Under the pieces are notes generated by a model that was not told where the DNA came from, searched no databases, and worked only from the letters and a program-made list of their open reading frames with translations. From a virus, in IMG/VR virus record IMGVR_UViG_3300045988_110724, positions 1 to 43,297 of that record: a stretch of 43,297 nt of DNA; one strand, 5' to 3'. Position numbers and translations under genes: made by a program. Shown here piece by piece: positions 1 through 8,498 of this stretch. Each line of letters begins with the position of its first letter. Position 1 is the stretch's first letter.

Positions 1-77
1 GTCTCTGTAGCCAAAATTAGATTTCAACAGGAATACGGAAGCATTCCTGTCCATAGTTCCTTGAAGTGCTCCCTGTT
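1..77. repeat. Terminal direct repeat copy 1, identical to 43221-43297. It is an assembly overlap of a circular or circularly permuted genome.
   Basis: The same 77-nt string gtctctgtagccaaaattag...agtgctccctgtt was read at both contig ends. Confidence 0.95.
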
Positions 78-375
78 CGAGATTATCAGCCATCAGATTA
101 AGCATCTGTGAGAGAAAAATCGTTGTTTCATGATTAGGTCTCTCAGCAATCCATCTGTTAACAGTGTCTGGTGAAACTCCAAGGCAGACACATAGACCTC
201 TCAAGGTAGGAACTCTGTTGTTTTCATCGCAGTAAGTAAGATATTCATAACTTCTGTTCTTGATTGTATCAAAATCGTTGATTGTTGCCCTTTTCAATTT
301 GAGCATTTCTCTTGCACGTGCGACAGGCAGCTTGCTTTCGCCTATCTCATTGTAATCGAACTTCTTTTTTGCCAT
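1..375 (-). CDS. terS: Terminase small subunit (gp3-type DNA-packaging protein), N-terminal 125 codons. The ORF wraps the contig junction and continues at 43220.
   Basis: ATG at 375-373 with a GGAGG RBS at 383-387. Hand translation gives MAKKKFDYNEIGESKLPVARAREMLK...VPTLRGLCVCLGVSPDTVNRWI...ASVFLLKSNFGYRD. The HTH-like PTLxGLxxxLGVSxxTxxxW motif and the C-proximal FLLKxNFGxxD motif are typical of Firmicute phage TerS. Confidence 0.8.
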   Translation of the reverse strand, partial: MAKKKFDYNEIGESKLPVARAREMLKLKRATINDFDTIKNRSYEYLTYCDENNRVPTLRGLCVCLGVSPDTVNRWIAERPNHETTIFLSQMLNLMADNLEQGALQGTMDRNASVFLLKSNFGYRD

Positions 376-443
376 TTTTTTACCTCCAAAATATCGAATT
401 TCTAAAAAAGTCTTGACAAAATAAATGACCGATGGTCAGATTC

Positions 444-541
444 AACCCCCTACTTTCATGTGTCACATTCACACATCCCCCCCGGCAAAAAAATCGCACA
501 CACACAAGGGGGATGGGTGGTCAGTATATGCCTAGTGGGGG
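444..541. repeat. Nested inverted repeats built on C- and G-tracts upstream of terS
   Basis: CATCCCCC (474-481) pairs with GGGGGATG (508-515) across a 26-nt loop containing A7 and (CA)5. An outer C5 (446-450) pairs with G5 (537-541). The TGACC-GAT-GGTCA palindrome lies at 426-438. Confidence 0.6.
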
Positions 542-570
542 AAATATGTGGATTTTGACACCCTTTCCTA

Positions 571-804
571 TACCACCTATATAGAAATACATATATACAT
601 ATTTTTACTCTCTATACTATTTACTTATATATAAAATACCCCAATACCCCATAATATATAAAAAAGTAAGTATATATCAATGTTTTTTATATGTGAATTT
701 TTATGAATCACATAGGGTATTAGGGGTATGATGGTATCATTTTAAGGACTATTATTTAAATAGTGAAAAATACGCAAGTGGTGTTAGGGGTGTTTTAAAA
801 CACC
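571..804. repeat. Iteron clusters in inverted orientation flanking an AT-rich spacer; candidate replication origin
   Basis: ATACCAC at 571-577. ATACCCCA occurs twice in tandem at 636-651. About 60 bp of nearly pure A/T follows. Inverted copies are GGGTAT (715-720), GGGGTAT (723-729) and TGGTAT (732-737). A 16-bp perfect palindrome GGTGTTTTAAAACACC lies at 789-804. The region sits immediately 3' of the primase-helicase gene. Confidence 0.5.
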
Positions 805-821
805 ATAAGTTACGTACCGCC

Positions 822-3287
822 CTATTTTTTCACCAAAAACCACTGTTTATGTATCAATTTCAGTTCGCAATCCAAGCCATCACGCTCCTTGAAATAATCA
901 ATTGCACCCTTCAGATTCTTGTAGAAGGTATTTCTCCCCGCTACTCTGTATCTGCATTTTTCACACCATTCTGTATATATCTCATGCACTCTGTTGGCCT
1001 TCATCGATGTAAGAGTCATGCCGTTATCAACCCAGTCAAACTCGTTGAGAAATTCGACAACGTGGTTGCTCTCGATGACAAACTCGTATTCTAAATCCTT
1101 GTCCTCATCTATCTCGCTGAATCTGTAGCCGTTCTCAATCAGCCTGACATAACCATCAATGCTCCACCACAATACTGCAGGCAGCACATCTTCGCTTGTG
1201 AGGAGTGCGTCGATTCCTGGTATCGCTCTGAATACGTGGATGTCATCCACCCTTGACTCGTCTGTAGTGAATGTATTGATGAACTTATGCTTCGTACCCT
1301 CGAATCGTCTGAGCCATCCGCCGTTTGACTTGTTCGCTCTTGGCAATTCGTTGCAGTCGATGAATATCTTGCATCTAGGCTTGAATTCAATACGTGGCTT
1401 GCCCTTCACATCTGTTGATATGACATCATTTGATGTGATCGCCTTGAAGATAGGCTCTGCCTCCTTGATGTCGCTTGTCGCTTCGTGACAGAAATTTACA
1501 TACTTGCCTAATAACTGTAATGTGTCAAAGCGCCCGCCTAGACGGCTTAATTCTAGAGTACTGCATAATTTGCCGTCACCCAGCAGTGCACTCAGCACCT
1601 TTGTCAGTACACTCTTTCCGTTGCTTCCGTTTCCATAGAACAGGTACGCCTTGTCCTGTATGCTGTGTTCCATGAACACCGAGCCGAAGTACTCTGCAAA
1701 TCGCTTGATAAGTTTCTCGTCACTGCTTGTGGTGCTGCTTAGGAAATCCTCCCAGTCCTGGCTGTATGCATTCTCCCTGTACTCGTAGTTGAGTACATAG
1801 TCGTTGAAGTCATCGGGATTGCGCTTTCTAGTGAATCTGTAATAGCCGTCAAAAGGATTCTCTGTGAAATACAGCGTGCCGTTCTTGAGATTAAGACAGT
1901 TCACCTGGTTAGGCAGCGTATCATCATATACGATTGTTCTGACCTTGTTCAGTATCGCTGATTCAAGATTGAATGATACATCGAACATCTCCATGATTCC
2001 CTGTCTGATGAGTGCATCATCACATCTGCTCCAGTACGTGCCGTTGAAACGGTAGAAGCCTAGAGATGGATTGCATCTCAACTTATAGTCGTAGTTAGCG
2101 ATGAACTCATGGGCATATTCATCATTTGTCTTGCCTCTTGTCAGTTCCCTTCGTATTTCCTTCATTTCCTCGCCGTCAGCGCCTAAAACTTCCTTGGCGT
2201 ATTGCAATATGGCTTTCTTCTTAACTCTGCTCATGTAAGGACTGTGTGCCTTGTAGACGTATTCCATCAGTTCATCCATATCAGACATCGTAGTCTTCAG
2301 ATACCATAGCGTGCCGTCCACTGCATAATCATTTAATAGCGCACTAGGTGATACTCCGGCGCAGTAGCAGTCGCTCACATCCTTGCCGTACTTCTTAGGA
2401 ATGTTGACTATAACGAACGGAATATTGTGTTCGAACAGCTGCTTTGCAGTTGCTGTTGTGAACTGCACGCCTCTTCCGTCATTGTCGTAGCAGATGGCAA
2501 CACGCTTGAATTTCTTGGCAATCTTGCATAGATACTCCGTCTGCCTGTTAGACAGTCTCGTAGCACTCGAGAGGACTCTGTAGCCTTCCTGGTAGAATGT
2601 CAAGAAATCGAATACTCCTTCTGCAATGACGATTGTATCATTGTCAGCATAAATCTCGCTTCTGTTCAGTGTATCAAGGCCGTACAGCGTATTCTCCTTG
2701 AATGCCTCCTCCAGGTATGGTTTCTTATATTTAACTACATCATACTCGCTTCTGTTTCTAGCGCAGTAGTAGACGCAGTTGTTGTTCTTGAAAATAGGGA
2801 TGATGATACGTGGTACATCCACCATCTCACCGTTAGGTGATTTCTCCTTGAACACATGACTTCCTATATAAAGGTTATTTATGGTACTGTCATTGATCTT
2901 TCTTTGATGCAGATACTCTATATCCTCTTCCGTCAGTTCATTGTGCCACTGCAGTATGGCGTTATTCCATTCTCTGTAGTTCTGCTTGTATTCTGTATCA
3001 TTGAATGCAAGATTGAAACGATGGCACATATCCTTGAATGCCATGGACTTATCACCATCATACTTTGCGTATGCAAGCATGTCTGTAACATCTCCTCCGA
3101 CACCGTCACTGAACGAGAACCAGGAGTCTTCACTCACCATGACACTGTTGGGATTATGTCCTTCATGAATAAAAGAGGGGCAACGATATGTGCCCCCGTT
3201 CTTATGCAGTTCGATGCCCAGTTCTGCAGCGAGTTCAATGCAGTTTATATTCTGTTTTATTTCGTCATACAACCTCATAGTAATCAA
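822..3287 (-). CDS. Bifunctional DNA primase / SF3 (D5/P4-type) helicase
   Basis: 821 aa. An N-terminal CHC2-like zinc finger (CPSFIHEGHNPNS), Toprim motifs (VIAEGVFDFLT ... CYDNDGRG) and a C-terminal Walker A (FYGNGSNGKS) in a D5/P4 primase C-terminal-like context. Confidence 0.85.
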   Translation of the reverse strand: MITMRLYDEIKQNINCIELAAELGIELHKNGGTYRCPSFIHEGHNPNSVMVSEDSWFSFSDGVGGDVTDMLAYAKYDGDKSMAFKDMCHRFNLAFNDTEYKQNYREWNNAILQWHNELTEEDIEYLHQRKINDSTINNLYIGSHVFKEKSPNGEMVDVPRIIIPIFKNNNCVYYCARNRSEYDVVKYKKPYLEEAFKENTLYGLDTLNRSEIYADNDTIVIAEGVFDFLTFYQEGYRVLSSATRLSNRQTEYLCKIAKKFKRVAICYDNDGRGVQFTTATAKQLFEHNIPFVIVNIPKKYGKDVSDCYCAGVSPSALLNDYAVDGTLWYLKTTMSDMDELMEYVYKAHSPYMSRVKKKAILQYAKEVLGADGEEMKEIRRELTRGKTNDEYAHEFIANYDYKLRCNPSLGFYRFNGTYWSRCDDALIRQGIMEMFDVSFNLESAILNKVRTIVYDDTLPNQVNCLNLKNGTLYFTENPFDGYYRFTRKRNPDDFNDYVLNYEYRENAYSQDWEDFLSSTTSSDEKLIKRFAEYFGSVFMEHSIQDKAYLFYGNGSNGKSVLTKVLSALLGDGKLCSTLELSRLGGRFDTLQLLGKYVNFCHEATSDIKEAEPIFKAITSNDVISTDVKGKPRIEFKPRCKIFIDCNELPRANKSNGGWLRRFEGTKHKFINTFTTDESRVDDIHVFRAIPGIDALLTSEDVLPAVLWWSIDGYVRLIENGYRFSEIDEDKDLEYEFVIESNHVVEFLNEFDWVDNGMTLTSMKANRVHEIYTEWCEKCRYRVAGRNTFYKNLKGAIDYFKERDGLDCELKLIHKQWFLVKK

Positions 3288-3867
3288 TGTCCTTTCCTAT
3301 AAATTCCTTGTATTTCTCCACATCCAGCACATCACTCAGCTGTATCTCACCTTTGTCGAGCTGCTCTCCGAGCCTTTTGAGCTGTGCCACCTCTCCATTC
3401 TTCGCATAGAGCATATTGTTCGGATAGCATTTCTTTCTGAACAGGAAATACATGGCCCGTCTGTACTGCTTGAAGTCGCAGTCGCTTGCAACCCATACAT
3501 GATAGTTCATCTTTGCGAAGATATACCAGTACCTTCTGAATGCCTTCTTGTTAAGATAGAAGTCAAGCGTATGTCTTGTTACGTTCGGCTCATTAGTGAA
3601 GAAGAATTCATTTATCTCATAAATCGTGCCTTCGAAGACAACTTCGTTTGTTGTCTTATCTACTACTATCCTGTCTCTAGCGAATGTCTGTGTAATAGGC
3701 AGTCTCAGTTCGTTTCTGATGTAGTTAGGATATGAGCCGTACTTTTTCTTGAAGTACAGTTCCTTGACACCCAGGCTTTTGAGTTCCTCGACATATGGTG
3801 GTCTATGCTTCTGCTTATAGAAATCAAGTACGATCTTTCTGTATAGATCACCTCTGTAATCGCTCAT
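3265..3867 (-). CDS. Hypothetical early protein. The N-terminus resembles a homing-endonuclease-associated repeat (HEARO-like) DNA-binding module.
   Basis: 200-aa ORF in the operon. The segment PPYVEELKSLGVKELYFKKKYGSYPNYIRNE is the basis for the weak, by-eye family call. Confidence 0.5.
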   Translation of the reverse strand: MSDYRGDLYRKIVLDFYKQKHRPPYVEELKSLGVKELYFKKKYGSYPNYIRNELRLPITQTFARDRIVVDKTTNEVVFEGTIYEINEFFFTNEPNVTRHTLDFYLNKKAFRRYWYIFAKMNYHVWVASDCDFKQYRRAMYFLFRKKCYPNNMLYAKNGEVAQLKRLGEQLDKGEIQLSDVLDVEKYKEFIGKDIDYYEVV

Positions 3868-3888
3868 GACTAATCACCACCTTTCTTA

Positions 3889-4365
3889 TCATCTGATGAA
3901 TCTTTTCTGAAATTCTCTTATTGTCTCTCGACCTGGTACGCTGCTTTTATCAACTTTCTTGTATTTTGAATTGACCGTATGTATCAAGAAAGTATATCTG
4001 TTAGTTCCCATGGCTGATTCAATATTATTGTAATACTTGTTTGAAATCATCACTACATCGTCTATGTCGATTGTTCTTCCTTCAAAATCAAATGTGCCGT
4101 GTTCCTTTTTCGGTCTGAACTCTTTAAGGTATCTAAGCATGTCTTTGGCTAAGCGTTCATCATAGAATTTCATCGAATGAATCTGCTTTCCGTTATGAAA
4201 GAACTTTATCAGCCATGCATTTCCTCTCATATTAAAGTCTGCCGACTCCATACACCATGTGACATTATCCAGGTTAATCAGATAAAAGCGATTCTTCAGC
4301 GCATAGAACTGTGCTGAATTGACTGGATTTCTGAATGTGCACCATACTTCTGCTAGTCTTGCCAT
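3889..4365 (-). CDS. Hypothetical protein
   Basis: 158-aa ORF, co-oriented and tightly spaced with its neighbours. No motif recognised. Confidence 0.6.
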   Translation of the reverse strand: MARLAEVWCTFRNPVNSAQFYALKNRFYLINLDNVTWCMESADFNMRGNAWLIKFFHNGKQIHSMKFYDERLAKDMLRYLKEFRPKKEHGTFDFEGRTIDIDDVVMISNKYYNNIESAMGTNRYTFLIHTVNSKYKKVDKSSVPGRETIREFQKRFIR

Positions 4366-4386
4366 TTAAGATTCCCCCTTTCCACA

Positions 4387-4563
4387 TTACCACATGGCAT
4401 ACAGCACAAGCAGCAGCATGATAGTTATCAGTCCTGCAAGAACGAAGAAATCTCTGTTCGAGTGTTTCAGTTCTTCGTGTAGTCTATCATTCTGTTTCAG
4501 CAGTTTTTCGTTGGTTTTCTGCATATTATCAATTACTTTTGTAAGTTCTTCATTGTTCATCAT
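4387..4563 (-). CDS. Small tail-anchored membrane protein
   Basis: The ORF track gives 4387-4581. The likelier start is ATG 4563, six nt after AAGGAG (4570-4575). The protein has a coiled N-terminus and a C-terminal TM segment (FFVLAGLITIMLLLVLYAMW). Confidence 0.55.
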   Translation of the reverse strand: MMNNEELTKVIDNMQKTNEKLLKQNDRLHEELKHSNRDFFVLAGLITIMLLLVLYAMW

Positions 4564-4831
4564 TTGCTTCTCCTTTCTCAATAAATTCTATAATCGTATC
4601 AAACTCTGTTTTATTTGGCTTAACTCTAGAACGAGGAAAGACATTAAGACTAACTTGTTTATATTCCGGCCTCATCAGATCATCAAGGATAAGATTGCAT
4701 AGATACTCTAGTCTCATTCTCTCATCGTTGTAGTAATCCACTTCACACATAGATAAGAACTTAAGCCATAGTTCCTTGTACCATAGCAGTTTGATATCCG
4801 CTGGCGTTAGTTCGCTTTTCTTCTGCATCAT
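4550..4831 (-). CDS. Hypothetical protein
   Basis: 93-aa ORF. Its start overlaps the stop of the upstream small ORF (ATGA). Confidence 0.55.
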   Translation of the reverse strand: MMQKKSELTPADIKLLWYKELWLKFLSMCEVDYYNDERMRLEYLCNLILDDLMRPEYKQVSLNVFPRSRVKPNKTEFDTIIEFIEKGEANDEQ

Positions 4832-4995
4832 TCTATTCCCTCCTGTTCTATAGGATATAGAGTCAGTATTGCATACTGTTCCTGTGCATACGCTCTATAT
4901 CCTATTATTCTGTATCTGCTTCTTAGTTCATCGATTACATCACTTAACTGTCTCATTGAATAGTAATCGACTTTCTTGTAAATGTACTCATTCAT
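4828..4995 (-). CDS. Hypothetical small protein (55 aa, below the ORF-track cutoff)
   Basis: Hand translation: MNEYIYKKVDYYSMRQLSDVIDELRSRYRIIGYRAYAQEQYAILTLYPIEQEGIE. ATGA overlaps with both neighbours indicate translational coupling. Confidence 0.45.
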   Translation of the reverse strand: MNEYIYKKVDYYSMRQLSDVIDELRSRYRIIGYRAYAQEQYAILTLYPIEQEGIE

Positions 4996-6516
4996 CATTG
5001 ACTGATATAATCATTTCTGAACATATTACCCATGATTGCTTCTAGCACATTTACAACGATAGAATTACCAGCTTGTTTATAAAGCTGTGTGTCTGAACAG
5101 ACTGTTCGAGCCTTGTTGAAGTCTTCATCATCAAACCCCATCAGACGCCAGCATTCTCTAGGTGTTAATTTTCTAATTCTGATGTTCTCCATGTTACTGT
5201 CCTCCGTAATTACTGCCTGTTGAGGACTGGTGCTGAGGGTGTTTGCCTTACCCTCACACACTCTTCCTCTTCTTGTATTGCTGTTTGGATAGGCAATATT
5301 AATGCTGTCTCCAATGGTTGCTTCTGCATACCCTTTCTTGGTTGCTTCTGCAATTCTGACAATAGGTCTATTATCCATTATCTTTGTCTCATGTCCTCCC
5401 GACGCTCTAGTGGTAATGGTAGGACACATTCCATCCATTCCATAGATGCGTCGAGATTGTTCATACTTAATGTTTGTGTATTCTGCTACAAGATTACATC
5501 GTTTCATTCCTTGCTACTCCTTTATCATCATAGGACTTTTATAATCACATGCAGTAAGTGTTCTAGCTGCACCATTAGGGTCATAGACAGTGTTACTCTG
5601 ATGCTGGGTGCCGTTCTCTGATTTCTTTATATACCCTACTTGCCTCACAATGCCATCTGTAGGCTTTTCAATCAGTTTAGATGACATTTCATCAGAGAGA
5701 TAATATCGTTCATCGACATTATCTTCCAATATACTGCTAACACCATTTTCTGTAATATGATTAGCGGTGTCTCTTGTTGGAATAGTTGTTACTGTGGTTG
5801 CAATCTTTGCTTCTTCTCTCTCTACAGGAGAGAATTTGAATCCGTAGCCTTTTTCCTCATTAATATGATTCTTCGTAAATCTGCGTTTGACGCATTCGCT
5901 TGAAAGGAAATACTTTTCATCGATATCTTCAACAGGTTCTAGTTTATCCATGAGTACTGTGTCTGATTCAATCGGTGAAGGGAATGTATAGCCTGTGTCA
6001 ATATCCTTTCGAATGCTGATGCAGAAGACTCTCTCTGTTCTGCGGGATGCCATAATCAACTGCGTTAAGTACTTGCCAATAATTGTTGTAGCCCAGTTCA
6101 TCGAGCCATCCAAGCCACCCTTCAAAATCTGGTCTGAATTTCTTTCCTACTAGATTTTTGACATTTTCCATGATCAGATATTTAGGGAGCGTATCATCTG
6201 ACTGGGCTTGAGCAAGAAGTCTCTGAACTTCATATAATAGTCCACTTCTTGTCTCGCCTTTAACAATTCCTTTTAGCTGCCCAGCGAGACTTATATCCTG
6301 GCATGGAAAGCCGTATGTCCATAGATCTGCATAATCTAGTTTTTCTACCTTTGAGATATCACCATAGTTTCTAGTTTCACCATAAATGCTGTTATATGAT
6401 TTGATTGCATACTTATCAATCTCGCTGATACCCACAATTTCATGTGGGATGCCGAGACGAATCAGAGCCTTTCTGAATGCTCCAATTCCGGCGAATAATT
6501 CATTAACTGTTAGCAT
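4995..6516 (-). pseudogene. DNA (cytosine-5)-methyltransferase with an unusually long, apparently triple-TRD variable region, interrupted by one frameshift and one in-frame TAG
   Basis: Motif I FAGIGAF, motif IV GFPCQDIS, motif VI ENV and motif VIII QNRE in ORF 5998-6516. The reading frame continues as RVFCISIRKD in ORF 5514-6125. Motif IX RKLTPRECWRLMGF and motif X YKQAGNSIVVNV lie in ORF 4995-5507. The frame break is at the (CT)4 run 6029-6036. An in-frame TAG lies at 5514-5516. Confidence 0.85.
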
Positions 6517-6527
6517 TAAATACCTCC

Positions 6528-7025
6528 TTATCTTCCAACGACTTTTGATAATAAGTCTTCATACAATTTCTTGAACATGTCTCTTTCTGCAGTAAGTTGG
6601 ATTTCTTTCTGCATTGAGGCTAATTCCGTATCATTATTAGGTTCTGCATCGTTAGCAGATACCACGGGTACATTCATGCCTAGAGAACGTCTTAATCCAC
6701 GCTCGATATTCTTCATCTCTTCATCACTTACAGTTCTCACATAAGTACCGATTCTATCCTTTTCAACAGTATGGATAGTTTCGCAGAGAGCAGTAGAAGG
6801 TGTTTTGCAGAACACATCTACATGAGTAGGCATGTCTCTCTTGATTTTTGTTGTAAGATAGACAACCTCAACATATTCGCTTCCTCTGTTTAGGTGGTCA
6901 TCTGATACGATTACACCAGGTCTTCCTGTAGTATCGTACGAATAAGAATCATTGAAATTCTTAGAATATGTGATATAGAAGATATCTCCTCTTTTAACTT
7001 CTCTTGTATTTAGACTATAGTTCAT
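6528..7025 (-). CDS. MazF/PemK-family (CcdB/MazF fold) toxin-like protein with a roughly 50-aa coiled C-terminal extension
   Basis: The segment RGDIFYITYS...GRPGVIVSDDHLNRGSEYVEVVYLTTKIK...LCETIHTVEKDRIGTYVRTVSDEEMKNIERGL follows the MazF/PemK pattern (GDI..v.f....RP.vVvS.......v.v.p.T......v.......Qi.tvdk.Rl....g.l). Confidence 0.7.
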   Translation of the reverse strand: MNYSLNTREVKRGDIFYITYSKNFNDSYSYDTTGRPGVIVSDDHLNRGSEYVEVVYLTTKIKRDMPTHVDVFCKTPSTALCETIHTVEKDRIGTYVRTVSDEEMKNIERGLRRSLGMNVPVVSANDAEPNNDTELASMQKEIQLTAERDMFKKLYEDLLSKVVGR

Positions 7026-7036
7026 AATATTTCTCC

Positions 7037-7150
7037 TTAATCAATAAAATGTAAAATTGCTAATACGATTGCTAAAATAATAAGTACTCCAAAGCCCACA
7101 AGAAATCGTATACCTTGTATTGCAAAATATAACTGCATTAAGTCACTCAT
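7037..7150 (-). CDS. 37-aa hydrophobic peptide (single TM)
   Basis: Hand translation MSDLMQLYFAIQGIRFLVGFGVLIILAIVLAILHFID, with a GGGAGAA RBS 7 nt upstream. A second, weaker 24-aa TM ORF lies at 7163-7237 (MDIIGILLMAGTIILIAIGFFWKE). Confidence 0.4.
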   Translation of the reverse strand: MSDLMQLYFAIQGIRFLVGFGVLIILAIVLAILHFID

Positions 7151-7244
7151 TTTATTTTCTCCCTATTCTTTCCAAAAGAAACCAATAGCAATAAGTATGA
7201 TTGTGCCTGCCATGAGCAGAATGCCTATGATATCCATAATTGCA

Positions 7245-7493
7245 CTATTCATCTTCATTCTCCTCTTCGTCTACAAGACAACCGTTATGTGAGTACCAAA
7301 ATTGATGAAAGTGTCTTCTGATTACGTGTAGTAGTTCGTTGCAACATTCTTCACACAAATCAAGTTTTACAATTGCCGTTTTAGTTTGAGACGACCCGAC
7401 CAATTCGACGGGCACGGTCACGGTTTTAACTTCATCCATCGATAATTCATCCTTGCAGTGGTCGCAGATGTAATAATCTTTCAGAATGCGCAT
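7245..7493 (-). CDS. Small zinc-ribbon protein
   Basis: 82 aa with CDHC...CEEC Cys pairs and an acidic tail. Confidence 0.55.
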   Translation of the reverse strand: MRILKDYYICDHCKDELSMDEVKTVTVPVELVGSSQTKTAIVKLDLCEECCNELLHVIRRHFHQFWYSHNGCLVDEEENEDE

Positions 7494-7494
7494 C

Positions 7495-7917
7495 TTACTT
7501 GCCTCCTTTTATAATCTTCTTCATTTTTTCAAGCATTTTCGTGATATTCTTTTCACTTGCCCAGGCTTTCTTCACTCCCATGTTTTCATAGAATTCCATA
7601 ACGCCAGAAGCATATGATTGGTTTTGCTTAATACATCTATCGTACTCAGCACGCTTGTTACGTGCATCAGCATATCTTCCCCATTCACTGACATCGTTCA
7701 TAGCATCATTAATAGCCATCCACAAAGCCTCTCTCATACCTTGGTAGTACCTAAATGAGGCGATATCCCAGTTTTCTAAAATCTTATGTTCTGCTTCCAA
7801 TTCATCGCAGTACTTCTCCAATGCCTCTGCATATCCTTTGAAGTTTACTAACGGTCTGCCTTCAGCATCTATAAGTATGGCAAAATCTATTTCTTTAGGT
7901 CTTTTATTCATCTTCAT
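7495..7917 (-). CDS. Hypothetical protein
   Basis: 140-aa ORF in the operon. Confidence 0.6.
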   Translation of the reverse strand: MKMNKRPKEIDFAILIDAEGRPLVNFKGYAEALEKYCDELEAEHKILENWDIASFRYYQGMREALWMAINDAMNDVSEWGRYADARNKRAEYDRCIKQNQSYASGVMEFYENMGVKKAWASEKNITKMLEKMKKIIKGGK

Positions 7918-8293
7918 TCATCTCCTCTGCAATCAGTTCCATTACTCGGTCATGTAATCGTTGAACTTCATCAAGTATCATGTTTTTCGTTCTTTCCGAT
8001 GATTTTTGGTTGACAAGCAAGGAAATGTTTTCCTCTTGAAGTTCCTTACACTCCTTATTTAATTCTATATAATGTGCTTTTAAAGTTTTGTAATTCTCTA
8101 GAAGCCTGTTATAGTCTTTGGCATGTCTTAATCTCTGCTTCTCGTTTTTATCGACCTGTTCATAATATATCTCTCTTAACTGTTCGTTCACTTTTGACAG
8201 ATTTTGATAAAGTCTTTTGTAAACTTCACAATCATTTTCGAGCCTCTTGCACTTCTGCTTGAGTGTTTCTCTTTTATTCCAAAGTTTAGTCAT
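7904..8293 (-). CDS. Hypothetical coiled-coil protein
   Basis: 129 aa with heptad-like K/E/L-rich composition. Confidence 0.55.
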   Translation of the reverse strand: MTKLWNKRETLKQKCKRLENDCEVYKRLYQNLSKVNEQLREIYYEQVDKNEKQRLRHAKDYNRLLENYKTLKAHYIELNKECKELQEENISLLVNQKSSERTKNMILDEVQRLHDRVMELIAEEMNEDE

Positions 8294-8498
8294 CTTCTAT
8301 GTACCCCTCCTCATAAAGTTCGCTGTATAAATTGTTGAATTTGACAACAAGTTCGTTGTAATTTTTGCGTAGGTCATCATAATCACCACGCAATTCTTTA
8401 TTCTCTTTCTTTAACTTTGCCCAGTCGTAAGCAAGTTTTTCATGAGCCTTGTAAAGAGTGTCATAATCTTCTAGTTTTTCTTTATCAGTCATCATCAA
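8286..8498 (-). CDS. Hypothetical coiled-coil protein
   Basis: 70-aa ORF overlapping both neighbours by a few nt. Confidence 0.5.
   Translation of the reverse strand: MMMTDKEKLEDYDTLYKAHEKLAYDWAKLKKENKELRGDYDDLRKNYNELVVKFNNLYSELYEEGYIEDD

Noticed and set aside
374-821. tRNA or other known RNA genes in the large non-coding regions (374-821, 17945-18328, 39703-40177, 42603-43112).
   Set aside because: No cloverleaf-compatible segment or T-loop consensus (GTTCGAATC-like) was seen by eye. This needs tRNAscan/Infernal to be definitive.
5508-5516. The in-frame TAG in the methyltransferase as evidence for TAG-recoded (code 15-like) translation.
   Set aside because: TAG is used as the terminal stop of well-supported genes here (int, serine recombinase, chaperone G). 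All long structural genes are open in the standard code, so genome-wide recoding is not supported.
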